This document shows positions 50,797-63,050 of a DNA stretch of 64,000 nt, piece by piece. Both the position numbers and the translations under genes were made by a program. Each line of letters starts with the position of its first letter. Positions within the stretch are counted from its first letter, which is position 1. Below the pieces are notes generated by a model. The model was not told the DNA's origin and did not search any database. It worked only from the letters and a program-made list of their open reading frames with translations. Source of the stretch: Chara braunii. Lineage: Eukaryota > Plantae > Charophyceae. The DNA is taken from the NCBI GenBank assembly GCA_003427395.1, contig BFEA01000029.1, positions 5,185,085-5,249,084 on the forward strand. Direction: 5' to 3'.

Positions 50797-51329
50797 GGGC
50801 CTGGGGCCTCGACCCACTAGCATCGTTTAAAACGGTGTGTGGCATTTAAAATCGCATAAACAATGCTATTTTTCATTAAGGCAGTAGCAAAGAAAAGGAC
50901 CCAAAAAACAAAAAATTAGGGGAGCTGGCATTGACATCATGACAGTTCACCCTATGCATCCACACTTCCACCAACCCGGTACATCTGCATGCGAGCTTCC
51001 CGCCGGCCTGGTCGCAGTTTTCCACGGAAATCTCAATATTCTCAATTTCTGCAAAAAAAAAAATAGCAAGGCGCGAAGCTTCAAAAACACCCCCCCCCCC
51101 TAAAAAACCATAGTATTGAAGCTTCACGCCAACGCAAAGTGGCCAACTAAATGGCCAACACATGATTTAAAAAAAATTCTCCTGGCCCATGGGCAGCTGC
51201 CTCCACGAAAACAAAGGCAATCGACACTAGCAGTCGATATGCTACTGGATCAACTACTGACGGATGTCACGGATGGCCGCACGTGATCGAAAACGGAGGA
51301 GCACAAGCCTAAATCGGACGTAGTGGGAC

Positions 51330-52007
51330 GAGGCCCCTGGACCCACTAGCAAGGTATTCTACCACGCCGTTCAGGATTTCGATCACGTGTGGCCTCGAGT
51401 GCCTCGGCACGGCCGTCGAATACATCAGCTCTATACGTCCAGGCGGGGACTGTAAAGATGCCCACCTCCGTCCAATGACATGCGTCCAAAACAAAGAAAA
51501 ACAAAATTGGACATGATAGCTGGTGGCTTTGCATGGGTGGGAAGTCTGGATTTAATTTGCTGGAAAGGGGGGGGGTTGATTTCCAGACTTCTTTTTTTTT
51601 TTCTTTGGCTCTGAGAAATAGAAGTTGAAATGTGGGATTCGAATATTGTGGTGGATCTGACAGGAACTCTTCCGCGTCTGTCGGATGGCCTGCTAGAGGC
51701 ATCATGAGATACATGGCAGAGAATGTATCCCAGTTCCCGTTACTTGTTCATCCTTGTGAATGTGTTCGTGGACACATTCGTGGACACATTTTATTGCCAC
51801 CGTACATCACTATGAAGACTTACGTGAAGGAGATCGTACCAACCCATGAATTCGGGTGCGCAGCTGTTCTTCTTTGTTTTATGTGCCATTTCAATTCATT
51901 AAATCAGAAAACCATCCATTCATGCAAAAAAAAAAAAAAAAAAAAAAAAAAAACCCATAAAACTGCGTCACACGTGGTAGAATACTTCGCTAGTGGGTCC
52001 AGGCCCC
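51330..52007. mobile_element. MITE with ~30-bp inverted repeats
   Basis: ctggacccactagcaaggtattctaccacg vs inverted cgtggtagaatacttcgctagtgggtccag; related half-sites near 48305 and 50810. Confidence 0.6.
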
Positions 52008-52677
52008 TGGAGCATGGTCCCATTAGCAGTCGGATAGGAGTCCAGGCCGCTAGAGCATGGTCCCATTAGCAGTCGGATAGGAGTGTGGCCGATCCAGTGT
52101 GACACTCAGTGGCAGCAGCCTTACAGGTTGAGAAAACAGGAGAAAGGCAAAAAAAAAAAAAGAAACAGAGACGCAGAGTGCTTCCCAGCCATCAGATCAC
52201 AAATGATCTGATGGTGGTGGTTGCAACAACAGTGAACACAGTAACTGCCACATTTTCTCGAATACACTGGACTTCTGTCCACAGTGATCATGACACCCTC
52301 CACATACTCCGTGATCGAAGGGGGGCTCCAACCAATGAGATAATTGCACAACAGCAAACAAAATACTGAAAATCTTCTATCCAGTGGGCCTATGGCCGAC
52401 CCCACTCTCTTTTGGGGTTGGCCATACCCCCAAGGGATTGAAAAGATTTTGGCGGGAAGCAAATTTTCAATTTTGGCGGGAAGCTTCCTTTGCACCGGCA
52501 TGCCCAGTGTTAAGGAGAGGAGGAGGGGAACCAAGATCTCCTTACTTTTTTGGGTAATACTGTATACATGTAAAATACTGACCCTGGGATCACGAGTACT
52601 ACACCGCAGGATTTGGGTCACCCAACTGCCACACAAACTCTTTTTTATCCTATCCGGTTGGTAGTGGAACCATGCTC

Positions 52678-52708
<31 letters not shown>

Positions 52709-53634
52709 CCAATGCTCGGGGAGTTAGAAACACGAGGGGAAAAAAAACCTTTGGAAAAGAGAAAAAGGGAGACTGATCACCATTGCCACCGGTAGCGTTG
52801 TTGATTTGGCCTCGCCTCCCTACCCTAGAGGAGCCACTGGAGGCGGAGTACATGACTGGCTGGCAATCAAGAGAGAGGTATTTCGTGGGTATCGAGCGAA
52901 GTCCATCACCATTACCTTCCGATTGCGTCACGCACTCGCTGCAGACTACGACTGTTCTTGATTGCAACTGCCACCTGTCATGTGGCCCATTTCCGCCAAT
53001 TGCCACCTGGCTAATATACTATAGGGGTACCGGCAAGTGCCACCTGGCTAATATACTATAGGGGTAACTACCGGTCGGGAGCAGTCATGATTTCCGTTTA
53101 AAATGTAGTTCAGGCATCCCTCGAATACAACACATCCGCACCCGACCCCGAAGCTAGGTTGCATACATCCACTATTTTCCTCTGTTTGGCACCACATTCG
53201 CGAAATGTGACCGAAGCGCATTTTTCAAACTGAAACCGTTACAGCGCCCTCAGCGCGCTACCGTAGTTTTTTTCTTTTTTCTTTTTTTAAAAGGCTAATT
53301 CTACCTACCGTAGTTTTCCCTATACTATTTAACCTGAAATTGCCACCTACCATGTGGATCACTCTATGAACTTCAGCCTAATATTACAAGCGAGGGCAGA
53401 GGACATTTGGCCACCTGGCATGTAGCCTATCCATTTATTCCTTGAGCTTATGTCGGAAATCACGGTAGAAGCACATTAATTTTGGTCTTCGATTTCAATT
53501 TAAGACGCCAACTGTAAGGTATTGCATTGTTTTGGGTCCATGGTCCGATCTCAATAATCGAACACGTGACCTCCCTCATGGGGGTTGCACGCTCAACCAA
53601 CTGTCATGAAGATGGTTTTCTTCAGACTAACCAT

Positions 53635-53818
53635 GTTTCACTAATCACGGCAGAGGACGACTGGTCTTGATTGCAATCGCCACCTGTGATGTCGCCTCGT
53701 TGGTTGCATACCGCTTGTAAATCTGGATTAGCTTGTCTTCCATCCTGAAGCGTCGCTTTCACACTTGGATGGTCGACAATCGCCGATCACCACGTGCGAA
53801 GTCGTCCGAAGTCCGATG
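53635..53818 (-). pseudogene. Tandem duplicate of the last ~57 codons and stop of the GST gene
   Basis: Direct copy of ~53817-54000 with substitutions and a 1-nt insertion. Confidence 0.9.
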
Positions 53819-53827
53819 TCTCACTAA

Positions 53828-54634
53828 TCACGGCAGAGGGCGGTTGGTCTTGATTGCAACTGCCACCTGCGATGTCGCCTCGTTGGTTGCATACCGCTTG
53901 TAAATCTGGATTAGCTTGTCTTCATCCTGAAGCGTCGCTTTCACACTTGGATGGTTGAGAACCGCCGATCGCCATCTGCGAAGTCGTTCGAAGTCCGATG
54001 ACGGCGGGATAGACAAGTTTCGGTAATGCTCTACAATGATGCTACGAGCTGCTACCCATGGCGCCAGTGCTATGTCTACGATTCCCAGCTGCTCACCTCC
54101 CATGAAGAAGGAGCTAGTTGGCGATAATTCCACCATCGCCATGGAAAGCTCCTTGAGGGCGCGTAGGTAGTCGGCTTTAGCTTCGTCTTGTTCCTTGGGA
54201 TCTTGCGTCTGAAGGACGCGGTAGAACGTGGGGACCACCTTCTTTCCAATATGGTCAATCCAAATGCGGGCGAGGGCACGATCGTAAGGCTCCAGTGGCA
54301 TAAGAGAGCCACGAGGGCGATCGTCGATACCCAAGCTGCCACGTGGAAAAGCCTCGTCCACATATTCTACGACCACCATGGACTCGAACAAACCCTTTCC
54401 CTTGTGAACAATGGCAGGCACAAGGCCGCGCGGATTAGCAGCCATCAGTTCCGCGGGTTTCGCATAAGGATCGACTTCAACACATCGGAACTTCACCTTT
54501 TTCTCCTCTAGAGCGATCCATGCCCTCTGCGCAAAAGGGCAAAACCACGCCGAAAATAGCGTCACCTCTTCCGTTGCAAGTTTCACCGACATCCCCTCCA
54601 TGCCTTCGCCACCACCTACCGTTGACGTCTCCAT
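53828..54634 (-). CDS. Glutathione transferase, cysteine-type (omega/lambda-like), single exon, 268 aa
   Basis: TLFSAWFCPFAQRAWIALEEK…NPRGLVPAI…LFESMVVVEYVDEAF (GST N domain with cis-Pro and ES motifs), RALARIWID, LGIVDIALAPW. First ATG is at 54634; the track starts at an upstream GTG. Confidence 0.93.
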   Translation of the reverse strand: METSTVGGGEGMEGMSVKLATEEVTLFSAWFCPFAQRAWIALEEKKVKFRCVEVDPYAKPAELMAANPRGLVPAIVHKGKGLFESMVVVEYVDEAFPRGSLGIDDRPRGSLMPLEPYDRALARIWIDHIGKKVVPTFYRVLQTQDPKEQDEAKADYLRALKELSMAMVELSPTSSFFMGGEQLGIVDIALAPWVAARSIIVEHYRNLSIPPSSDFERLRRWRSAVLNHPSVKATLQDEDKLIQIYKRYATNEATSQVAVAIKTNRPLP

Positions 54635-55948
54635 CTCTCTCTCTCTCTCTCCTCGCCCCCCTCCTCGCCCCCTACGCGGCTCTCGGTTGGTCTTCACGCA
54701 CTAACAAACGCCGACACCACGCCTACTCTCTCTCACCGGCCACCTTTTCTTGTCGCTATACTCCAATTGAATTGTAAGTGCAGTCCGTCTTCACACAGCC
54801 AAACACGGAGGGCCTCCCCACACCACTCTCAGAATCCCAGAATTTGGTAGTCGACTCGCCTTCAGGAAATCCGACCCAAAACCTCACCATAAGCCTGGCC
54901 CCGTCTCACCACTCGCCAAAAACGCCCAGCATCCGTGTTGGGTGATGGGTGAGTGTGGTGGAGCGGCCTGCACACGGGGATCAACCTCACCCGTTCTATG
55001 GACTAGTTCTCGTGGGCGTGAGAAAAGGCGTGCACTGGAACGGCCCGGAACGTGGGTCTCGGCACGTTGACGACCACCCACTTGTGGCGTCCCCACAGCA
55101 CTCTCGAAACGGGCTTTTTCAGAGAGGTGGGCCTCGCCACATGGTCTCTCAAAATTCTGGCCCAGAAAATTTGTGGAGTGTTGTCAGGAAAACCGTTGAG
55201 AGTTAGGGTCAAGCTGCACTACTGTCCACTCCTCGAATTTGGAGAGTGTTTTATAGTTGCACTAACTATCCGATCCCCCCCGGAAAAGCCTTCAGATAGC
55301 CGTCAGAAGCTGCCTTGGAAAAGCGCTGGTGGAGAGTGCCCAGCCTGTGACAATCTATCTTGTGATGGGCGCGACTTTATGCACGGCCGAACCTCGGGCG
55401 GTCGGATGGGCCTAAGGGCTAATTGCATGAATGCCCCCATTCCTTTTTTCCTCGGTTTTGCGAGAACTTGGTTCCCCAGCTGATTGTGGTCAGGACGAGC
55501 CTTAGCGGGCGCAGGAATATCGGTTGACGCGGCCTTTTCTTTTTCTTTTAGGAAATTCGGGCAGGCAATTTCGGCGCGATCATTGCGCGGGCGAACCTTT
55601 TGAATTTTTGAACTCTTTGGAGAGCGTGCGGGGAACCGTGCATGTATTCGGATTTTCTTTTTTTTTTTGCAATTAGAACTCTAATTAGACTAGGATTTTG
55701 GGAACACCGCTTTTGGTTGTAACTGCACATGCTCCTTACTCGCATGCGCCTTGCTGCGCTGTGTCTTGCACTCTGTTCCCGCCGCGCCTCTTGACTTCTC
55801 TTCGCGCTGAAACATCCGGTCCCTTTCCTTTCGTCTCATTGGCCAGAACGGTGCATGACTGGATCGATGCCTGGACAGTGGCTACGCCCCCCTCGCCGCG
55901 GCCCAGGCATGCCGACCGTAGGCACCTTCTTCCTTCCTCTCCCCCTGC

Positions 55949-58377
55949 TGTGACGCCCAACCTCACGCCCGGCGCGACTTCCTGATCGGAGTGGGATGTG
56001 GGCCTGGAAGTGCGAAAAGGGGTGTGCCAAGGATTTTTGGGAAAGTGGGGGTGGAGTCCCAGGTCGGACCTGAGATCTCTTGTGGCAAAAGCTTCAGGGG
56101 CATGGATGCAATAGGGTTAAGGGGGCGAGTTACTTCCGGTCTGATGGCGTTCGGTGTCGTGCAGCATAAGGCAGATGGCCTGCGCGGTGCATTCAAGGCT
56201 GTCCGATTCGCCTGTTTTGGTGGCGGCGGTTCGGGGAGAGGCCCGCCCGGGATAGTTGTGTTCCCGATGAGTCGGACCTTTGGGTGCAAACACGTGCCGT
56301 CCGTCGTTGCGCGTTTTGGTTAGGTCCTCTAGTGTCAGGGGCTCGTCGGTTGCCGCGTGGCCGGCAATTTCCGCAAGGCGTGCGAGGCCAGTACGGGGCG
56401 ATGGAATTCAACGGAACCACCGTGAGTTGGTGATACAGGAGGAGGAGACGGAAGAGAGGGAAATTGGTAGTGATAACAACGAAGCCGGGGGATATGAAGT
56501 ATTGCGTGTTATCGGGGCACCTCGGATCGCTGGTTACGGCACAGTGAAACTCCCTGGAGCACAATCGATTCTCGGTTAGGCAGGGGAATTCCGGGTATCT
56601 TTGCCTAATGCATTCTCTCACCCAAGGGTCGAAGTACTCCGAGTCCCAGGAGCTCGGCATCTTATCATTGCGGTGTGATGGAGTTCTTCCGCACGCGTCT
56701 AACCGGCAAGGGGATTTTCCGATGTGATATTCGGAACTCCTATCCGTTTAGGTGCGTGGGGGAAGGAAAATTCTCACCTACCCGATATCGAAGGTGTCAA
56801 ACTCGTCAATGGTCGCGAATCGGCGTGCGTGGATACGTGTAGGCTGTGCAGATCAGATCGCGCTTACACGCATCCCCGCGAGGTATTCGCTTGTTTCTGG
56901 ACAAACAACTACCCCATTCATCTAATTACTCTGTGATCTCATACGCAATCGTTCCTGAGCATGCAAGGTGCTATTACACATCAGGCATCGCAGCAACAAC
57001 AGTGGCTCAAAGAGGATAAACAACAATGGAAGTAGTAATGACGACTACGCAGAAGTTTCTACTATGCTCATGAGTGTATCAAAATGACAAGCAAAGGCAA
57101 GGACCAGACAAAAGAAAAGCAACAGACATGACATTCATTCATCCATTCATTCGAAAATACACACAACAAACGAGATCGAGATCAATCGCAGAACGAGTGT
57201 GGGTCGAAACTGAGACAAGAATTTCGAAAGCAAAAGAAAACGGGTGAGTCGCCCTGAGCCGAGATCAAAATTTATATACAAAAGCAAAGAGGGAGGAAAG
57301 ACAAAGAAAACTGCAAATCCACGTTCATCAACCTCAGCTCCCTCTTCCTCTCTCTCTCTCTCCCCGATGCGGACAGTCCGTCGCCACACACCAACCCACG
57401 AAGTCGTCACCCTGCTTAGTCCTCCTGCACCCGTCAGGTTCGCCCGCGCGCTGTAGTAACCCCACGCGTCAACCCCGCACATTCGGCACCAGCTCGTCGG
57501 GTCGCCCGACTCCCTCTTCAACTCACCTCTTACTTCGCTCGTGAGCCGACCCTCACTGATCGCGCTACCCCGAGCTTCCAACAACAAGTTAAGAGAGCTA
57601 TCTAATCGCGCAGCCATAATTTATAGCGTGCATGCATGCGCGAAGAACACGAAATTGCAAAGACATAGAAAGGAGATTAAGAGAGGGAGCGCCTACGTTC
57701 TGCATGGCCAGATCGCGGCGTGGTGGACGTAGCCACTCTCCACTCATCGATCCGAGCATGCAGGCCGCGGGCTAACTAGGCACATCAAAAGGGAAAGGGA
57801 GAGCGGGAAAGACGAAGCTCAAGAAGAAAGATACAGTTATAATGGCGCCTGCCCAAAAATTACAGTTATGTGCAAAATTAAGGGCGCCGACTAATCAGAG
57901 CTCCATTGCAACGGCAAAGAAACGCGCAAGAAAAGACAATGCACGGCAAAAGAAATCCCGAATTCCTAAATTTCTAGCTAATGCAAAAAGAAACACAAAT
58001 TTCGAAAAGAAAATCCGAAGTTTCGAGAGTCGTCAAGGGCTCGATAAAATTCGAAAAAGAAATTAAAAAAGAACGAAGCAAAATTTTCGCGCGATCTCCA
58101 CGCTTAAAACCCGACAACAGAACAAGAAAAAAGCGATGTTAAACATTATTATTCGCGCCTTTGCCTGCGCGACAGCCACTCAATCGGCCCTCTCGAGACT
58201 TGCCCGGCCCTGAACCCAGCCATCCGAAAAAAAATGTCGCAAAGAGACGAAGAAGTGAGGCACTGATGCAATTTCCCTTCGATCCCAATCTCTTGTAATT
58301 GGCCCAACCTTCCTATCTTAGGACCCCTCATTGTCATCACGCAGAAAATCGCGCGGAACAGAAATTGGTTTGTCACA
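55949..58377 (-). mobile_element. Solo LTR, 2,429 bp
   Basis: TGTGAC…GTCACA termini and 4-bp TSD ctgc (55945-55948, 58378-58381). The empty site is visible at ~36405-36425. Minus-strand TATAAAT at 57619-57625. Confidence 0.88.
56193..56660 (-). CDS. LTR-embedded ORF, copy 2 (155 aa, Cys-containing, unknown)
   Basis: TNFPLFRLLLLYHQLTVVPLNSIAPYWPRTPCGNC aligns to THFSPYSLLLSFNELIVVPWTTVEPHWPNNLCSDC of copy 3. Confidence 0.6.
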   Translation of the reverse strand: MPSSWDSEYFDPWVRECIRQRYPEFPCLTENRLCSREFHCAVTSDPRCPDNTQYFISPGFVVITTNFPLFRLLLLYHQLTVVPLNSIAPYWPRTPCGNCRPRGNRRAPDTRGPNQNAQRRTARVCTQRSDSSGTQLSRAGLSPNRRHQNRRIGQP

Positions 58378-58766
58378 CTGCCTTAGCGTAATCCCAGCTA
58401 TTTCACGCAAATGCTAACTGATATAAATTTCAGAAGCGCAAAAAAAAACCTCTCTAATCTAAACTTGTGGAGTTAGCGAGGTCGGGAGGATCAGCTAACG
58501 AGTGTGGGCATGAATGAAGGTGAATTCGGGGTTGGGCGATCTGACGAGCTCATGATGAGTGTGCGGGGTTGACGTGTGGCCGCGACAGACTGCAGGGCAC
58601 GAGCGAACCCGACGCACGTACTCGGGCAAAGCGGGATGACAACTCTGGGTTCAAGTTGTTGGCAGGTGCGAGGCGACGAACTGCCTGCATCGGAGTGAGG
58701 AGGGTGGTGAAAGTGGTGAGAGCGCGTGGGGCGTTGAGGTGTATGTTGTCTTCTCTCCGTGCTTTC

Positions 58767-61090
58767 TAAGACGCTCAACCTCACGCCATGCGCTGCTTCC
58801 CGGTCGGAGTGTTTTGGTTTGCGGAAGGGCCCCGGGAGGTCAGCAAAGATGGGTCCGGGGTGTGCCAAGGATTTTTGAAAAAGTTGAGTGAGGGACACAG
58901 ACAAAACTGAAATCCCCCGTGTTGGTTCGATTTTAGCAAGAAGGAAGTCCGTTGCCGCACAGGTTTAAGGGAGAAAAAGGCGCGCGCAGGACTCGCGGCT
59001 ATGAAAAATTAAATCCAAAAAGTATCGTTGAACTTCCCAGCGAGCCATCGTTCTTCGTTTCGTGTGAAAGAGGGCGGGTACACACGTGGTATCCCGTGTA
59101 CGGGTGAGGTCTCGTCGACACTCGTTACACAACTCCGAATCCGACGTGAAGGGCCTCAATCGAGTAACCCTCTCCTTATGCTCGTCCTCGCCACGTGTGC
59201 GGTAGTGCAAACCCTTGGCTTGGTAACACTCAAAGCGGGGACAATCACTGCACAGATTGTTAGGCCAATGAGGCTCTACTGTCGTCCATGGGACGACGAT
59301 CAACTCGTTAAATGACAACAACAACGAATAGGGCGAAAAATGTGTACAATAATAACACAACCCGTACCGGCGAATCCAGAACACCGAGTTTGGGGAGGAA
59401 AGTAGTAGTGCCCTCCGATCTTGGTGACAACTTCTTGTACGTCCCACTCACATACACGTATCCTTTCCTCGTTGTACGGGAAGGGACGTGGCGGGGGCAC
59501 GGGAAGTTGGCGGCCGGTCGGGTTGAGGCCGTTAGTCCACATGGCAACAAAAGCAAGTACAAAATAATTTTTTCCTTAATCATACATTATTCGTTGACAA
59601 TCCAGGCAGCCAGATCATCCATTCGATCAGCTAGCCAATCATCCTCCCAATCATGGTACAACAAGCTCTTTCATACGACCCACGACATGAATATATAAAA
59701 GTGAGAGAAACAAAGTCACCATAACTCATTCATTATAACAAAACATGACAGAAGGAGATGAAGAGGGAGAATAGACGCAGATCAAAGGGGAGGAATGATT
59801 AGAAAGCAATTATCGAGTGTCCTGTGATCTTGTCTAGGGAAATTCCGGCTTAAAAGCCGAGGGATCATAACTCACACTCGAAAATACAAATTTTGGGACA
59901 AAAAAAGACACTTCCATCATAAAATTCCACCATGGCCCCAGGCCATGCGCTCACTCACTTCCAATTCGAACTTCTCACAAGCAATGCCGATCCCGGTCGT
60001 CACGTGCTAATCGACCATAGCGATCGTCACCCCGCTAGCTTAGTCTCTGCACGGTCCTGCCCGGATCCCACAACCCGTTGGGCGATCCAGCGCGTCGCCG
60101 CCAAGACTACAGTCAGCTCGTCGGGACTTTTCGTCTCGCACCTTCCTTCATACTACCTAGCCACTGCTTCCCGAAAGTTGGCTGATGAGTCGAGAGAGAG
60201 ATTTTCGGGAGCGCTTGCGGAATTTATAGCTGTGGAAAAGGAGATAGACGCTATGAAGGGTTAGGACTGAGGGAGGGAGGGGTAGGGGAAGGTTCAGGGA
60301 TACTCGCTTGACAAAAGTCTTGTCGATCCTTTGATCCCAGTTGTAGCCAATCAGAATCGTCGTGTATTAGGAATTTCCTTCTTACACGGCGCGTCTCCTT
60401 GGCTAGAGGGAAGGAGGAGGGAGTCGACATAGTATTTCGACGTGAGGATTAAAGCGGGAAGAAGAAGAGCGCGAAGGATAGCGTGAAACGGAACCAAGAT
60501 TCAAATGATCAAGAAAAAAAAAAGGTGCGCGAGGCGAGTGAGAGATGGAAAACGGTTACAGAGAGAGAAGGAGTGTGAGCGCGAAGAAGAGAGTGTTGAA
60601 GGTAGCGAGGGAAGCGGGGAGGGGAGGTTCGCATGCATGGTCGCACCGATGCGGAGGCAAAAAGGGCACCGTAACAGTTACAGCTAATTCAAAAGTTGAA
60701 AAAGTATCACATCCGCATGTAGAGCGAGTGCGGAAAAAAGTCCTATACGTATTTAGATTCCTACGAAAATTCCCAAAGTTTTCCAAGACGATGTCGATAA
60801 CATTCATGCACAAGAAATGATACGTCAGGTTCCACTCATTTCGGAATTCATAATCGTCGACCCAAATTCCTAGCGCGCTCGCTAAAGTGCGTGTAATTCC
60901 TATGTATTTCAAGTTCCCGAATTGCAAAAGATAAAATTTCAAAAACCGATAAAAAAATGACGAAGGTCTTGAAAAGGACGGTGTAGGGTCGTACCCTGTT
61001 AGACTTTCGAGCCTGAGTCGACCCCACTGTGGGTCCCAATTGGCTCTGCTCCGCCCACACTCATGCTCAGGGCGCGGAGCGTTCGTCACA
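58767..61090 (-). mobile_element. Probable 3' LTR of a minus-strand element whose interior extends rightwards
   Basis: Left end gacgctcaacctcacgcc matches the family terminus. Right end gtcaca is followed by ggggcacccccacctag (minus-strand G-rich PPT-like tract). Minus-strand TATAAAT at 60222-60228. Confidence 0.65.
58965..59447 (-). CDS. LTR-embedded ORF, copy 3 (160 aa; true start may lie upstream of a frameshift)
   Basis: Protein similarity to copies 1 and 2; two CxxC motifs (CSDC, CNEC). Confidence 0.6.
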   Translation of the reverse strand: MGRTRSCHQDRRALLLSSPNSVFWIRRYGLCYYCTHFSPYSLLLSFNELIVVPWTTVEPHWPNNLCSDCPRFECYQAKGLHYRTRGEDEHKERVTRLRPFTSDSELCNECRRDLTRTRDTTCVPALFHTKRRTMARWEVQRYFLDLIFHSRESCARLFLP

Positions 61091-62292
61091 GGGGCACCCC
61101 CACCTAGTGTTTTGAGATGGATGTGGATGGGTCATTTTGCGAGAGAGCTTTGACATTGGGGATGTAGCTCCGCCCTCTCGTCGGATGGTAGTCTCGCCAA
61201 CCTTTTCGTCAAGTGCAGTTTTCTTGATGCTTTGAGATGTTGTCACACAATAGTTCCTTCCAATACTCAAGCAGTCCAGAGAGTTTATTAAGAAGTTTTC
61301 TTCTTATATGAGTAGGCCAAGCATCATCTTTCGGTCACGCATCCATTCAGTAAGCGGAGACTCCCTAAAGCCTTGTCGAGGCGGCGGCCGCCATTCGACT
61401 CAGGCCCGCAGACCATGTCTTGCAGTCCTCCCAACGCCTCCCTAGGGTTTTACCTGCTTCTCTTTTTGGTCATCCTACTCGTGACTTTCGTTGTCGTATA
61501 CATCATGCATGTCTTTCTTTTGTCCAACCTGGGCATTTGTCTTATACATCCCTTAGTCTTTTCGGGCCCCCATCCTGCATACACACCCAAATTTTTCATT
61601 TCAATCTAGGCGGCCTTCTCGGCCACCTTGTGCCTTTGCAATTTACTTTAGCCGACTTTGCTTTGCACAAACACGCTCAAGAACTTATTCAAGGGCGAGG
61701 GTTAAGTCCACAACCCGTTTAACCTTAGTCCCACCTTCTCTTTGCCGTCCGGCATACCCGGGACCCAGTCCCGCTCAATGTCTCTCTAGGCCACTTACCT
61801 GCACATTTAACACAATTTATGCAAAGCATCCCCCGCATGGGGTCAACACATAATCCCTCCCATAAGCCTAAGTTCATTTTTCCTTAGCACTTTGTGCTTT
61901 CCTTTTCTTTCCTTAGTCCAAGCCAATCTCTTCCCTTAGTCATACAGTCGGGGTAATGGTTGAGTCAACTGACCTTGCTTTAAGTACCAACTTTCTCTAG
62001 TCCTCTTCCGGACTTGCCTACTTCCAATTTCTCAAATGCCCCTTTTCCCTTCCTTCTTGGAGGCACAAGGGACCGACAGCCCCTCCCTTGCCCACTTTCT
62101 GCTCCAAGTGAGGACAGGTTCCTTTCACCGTCCGTTCCCTGGCAATGTCACAAGTGAGTGGGGAAGGGTTAGTTATATGCCAAGAGGGGAGAAGGGGAGA
62201 AGGTAACTTGAAGGTCAAGGCTTTAGAGTATGGAAGGAGGATGATGTCGGGAAGAGGGAGGAGGCGGTGAAGGAAGAAGAAGAGGAGGACAA

Positions 62293-62295
<3 letters not shown>

Positions 62296-62372
<77 letters not shown>
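62296..62372. repeat. (GA)n microsatellite
   Basis: Perfect AG run. Confidence 0.97.
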
Positions 62373-62375
<3 letters not shown>

Positions 62376-62499
62376 CCTATTCCTAATCAACTTAACCTCT
62401 ACCTGTCTCATCGTCCTACCTAAGGTTCTCTTTCTACACCTTGTTTCGTTATGCCCCCTTTGGTCATGACCTTTGGTTGGTGAATGAGATCGAGGGAAA

Positions 62500-63050
62500 A
62501 AAAGGGTGTGAGGCGGTTGGATATGGGGGATGGGTAAAAAAAATGGAGGAGGGAGATGGTGTGAGGTGGTTGGCTATGGCGAATGGGTGAAGGAGATGGC
62601 GGAGGAAGATGGCGTGAGGTGGTTGACCATGGTGGATGAGAGAAGAAGATGGAGGAGGAAGATGGTGCGAGGTGGTTGGTTATGGTGGATGGGTGAAGAA
62701 GATGGAGGAGAAAGATGGTGTGAGGTGGTTGACTATGGTGGATGGGTGAAGGAGATGGAGGAGGAAGATGGTGTGAGGTGGTTGGCTATGGTGGATGGGT
62801 GAAGGAGGTGGAGGAGGAAGATGGTGTGAGGTGGTTNGCTATGGAGGATGGGTGAAGAAGATGAAGGAGGAAGATGGTGTGAGGTGTTTGACTATAGTGG
62901 ATGGTTGAAGAAAATAGAAGAGGAAGATGGTGTGAGGTGGTTGTTCATGGTGGATGGATGAAGAAGATAGAGGAGGGACATGATGGGAGGTGGTTGAGCA
63001 TGGTGGATGGAAGAAGAAGATGGAGGAGGAAGATGGTGCGAGGTGTTCGA
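62500..63050. repeat. Purine-rich minisatellite, ~52-bp unit, ~10 copies
   Basis: gaggaagatggtgtgaggtggttg.ctatggtggatgggtgaag repeated. Confidence 0.9.

Larger units (their letters stand above)
55346..58766 (+). mobile_element. Family-2 LTR (+), interrupted by a solo LTR at 55949 and by another LTR at 58767
   Basis: Starts tgtgacaatctatctt; colinear with 9598-9923 + 36080-36770; TATAAAT at 58422-58428. Confidence 0.75.
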
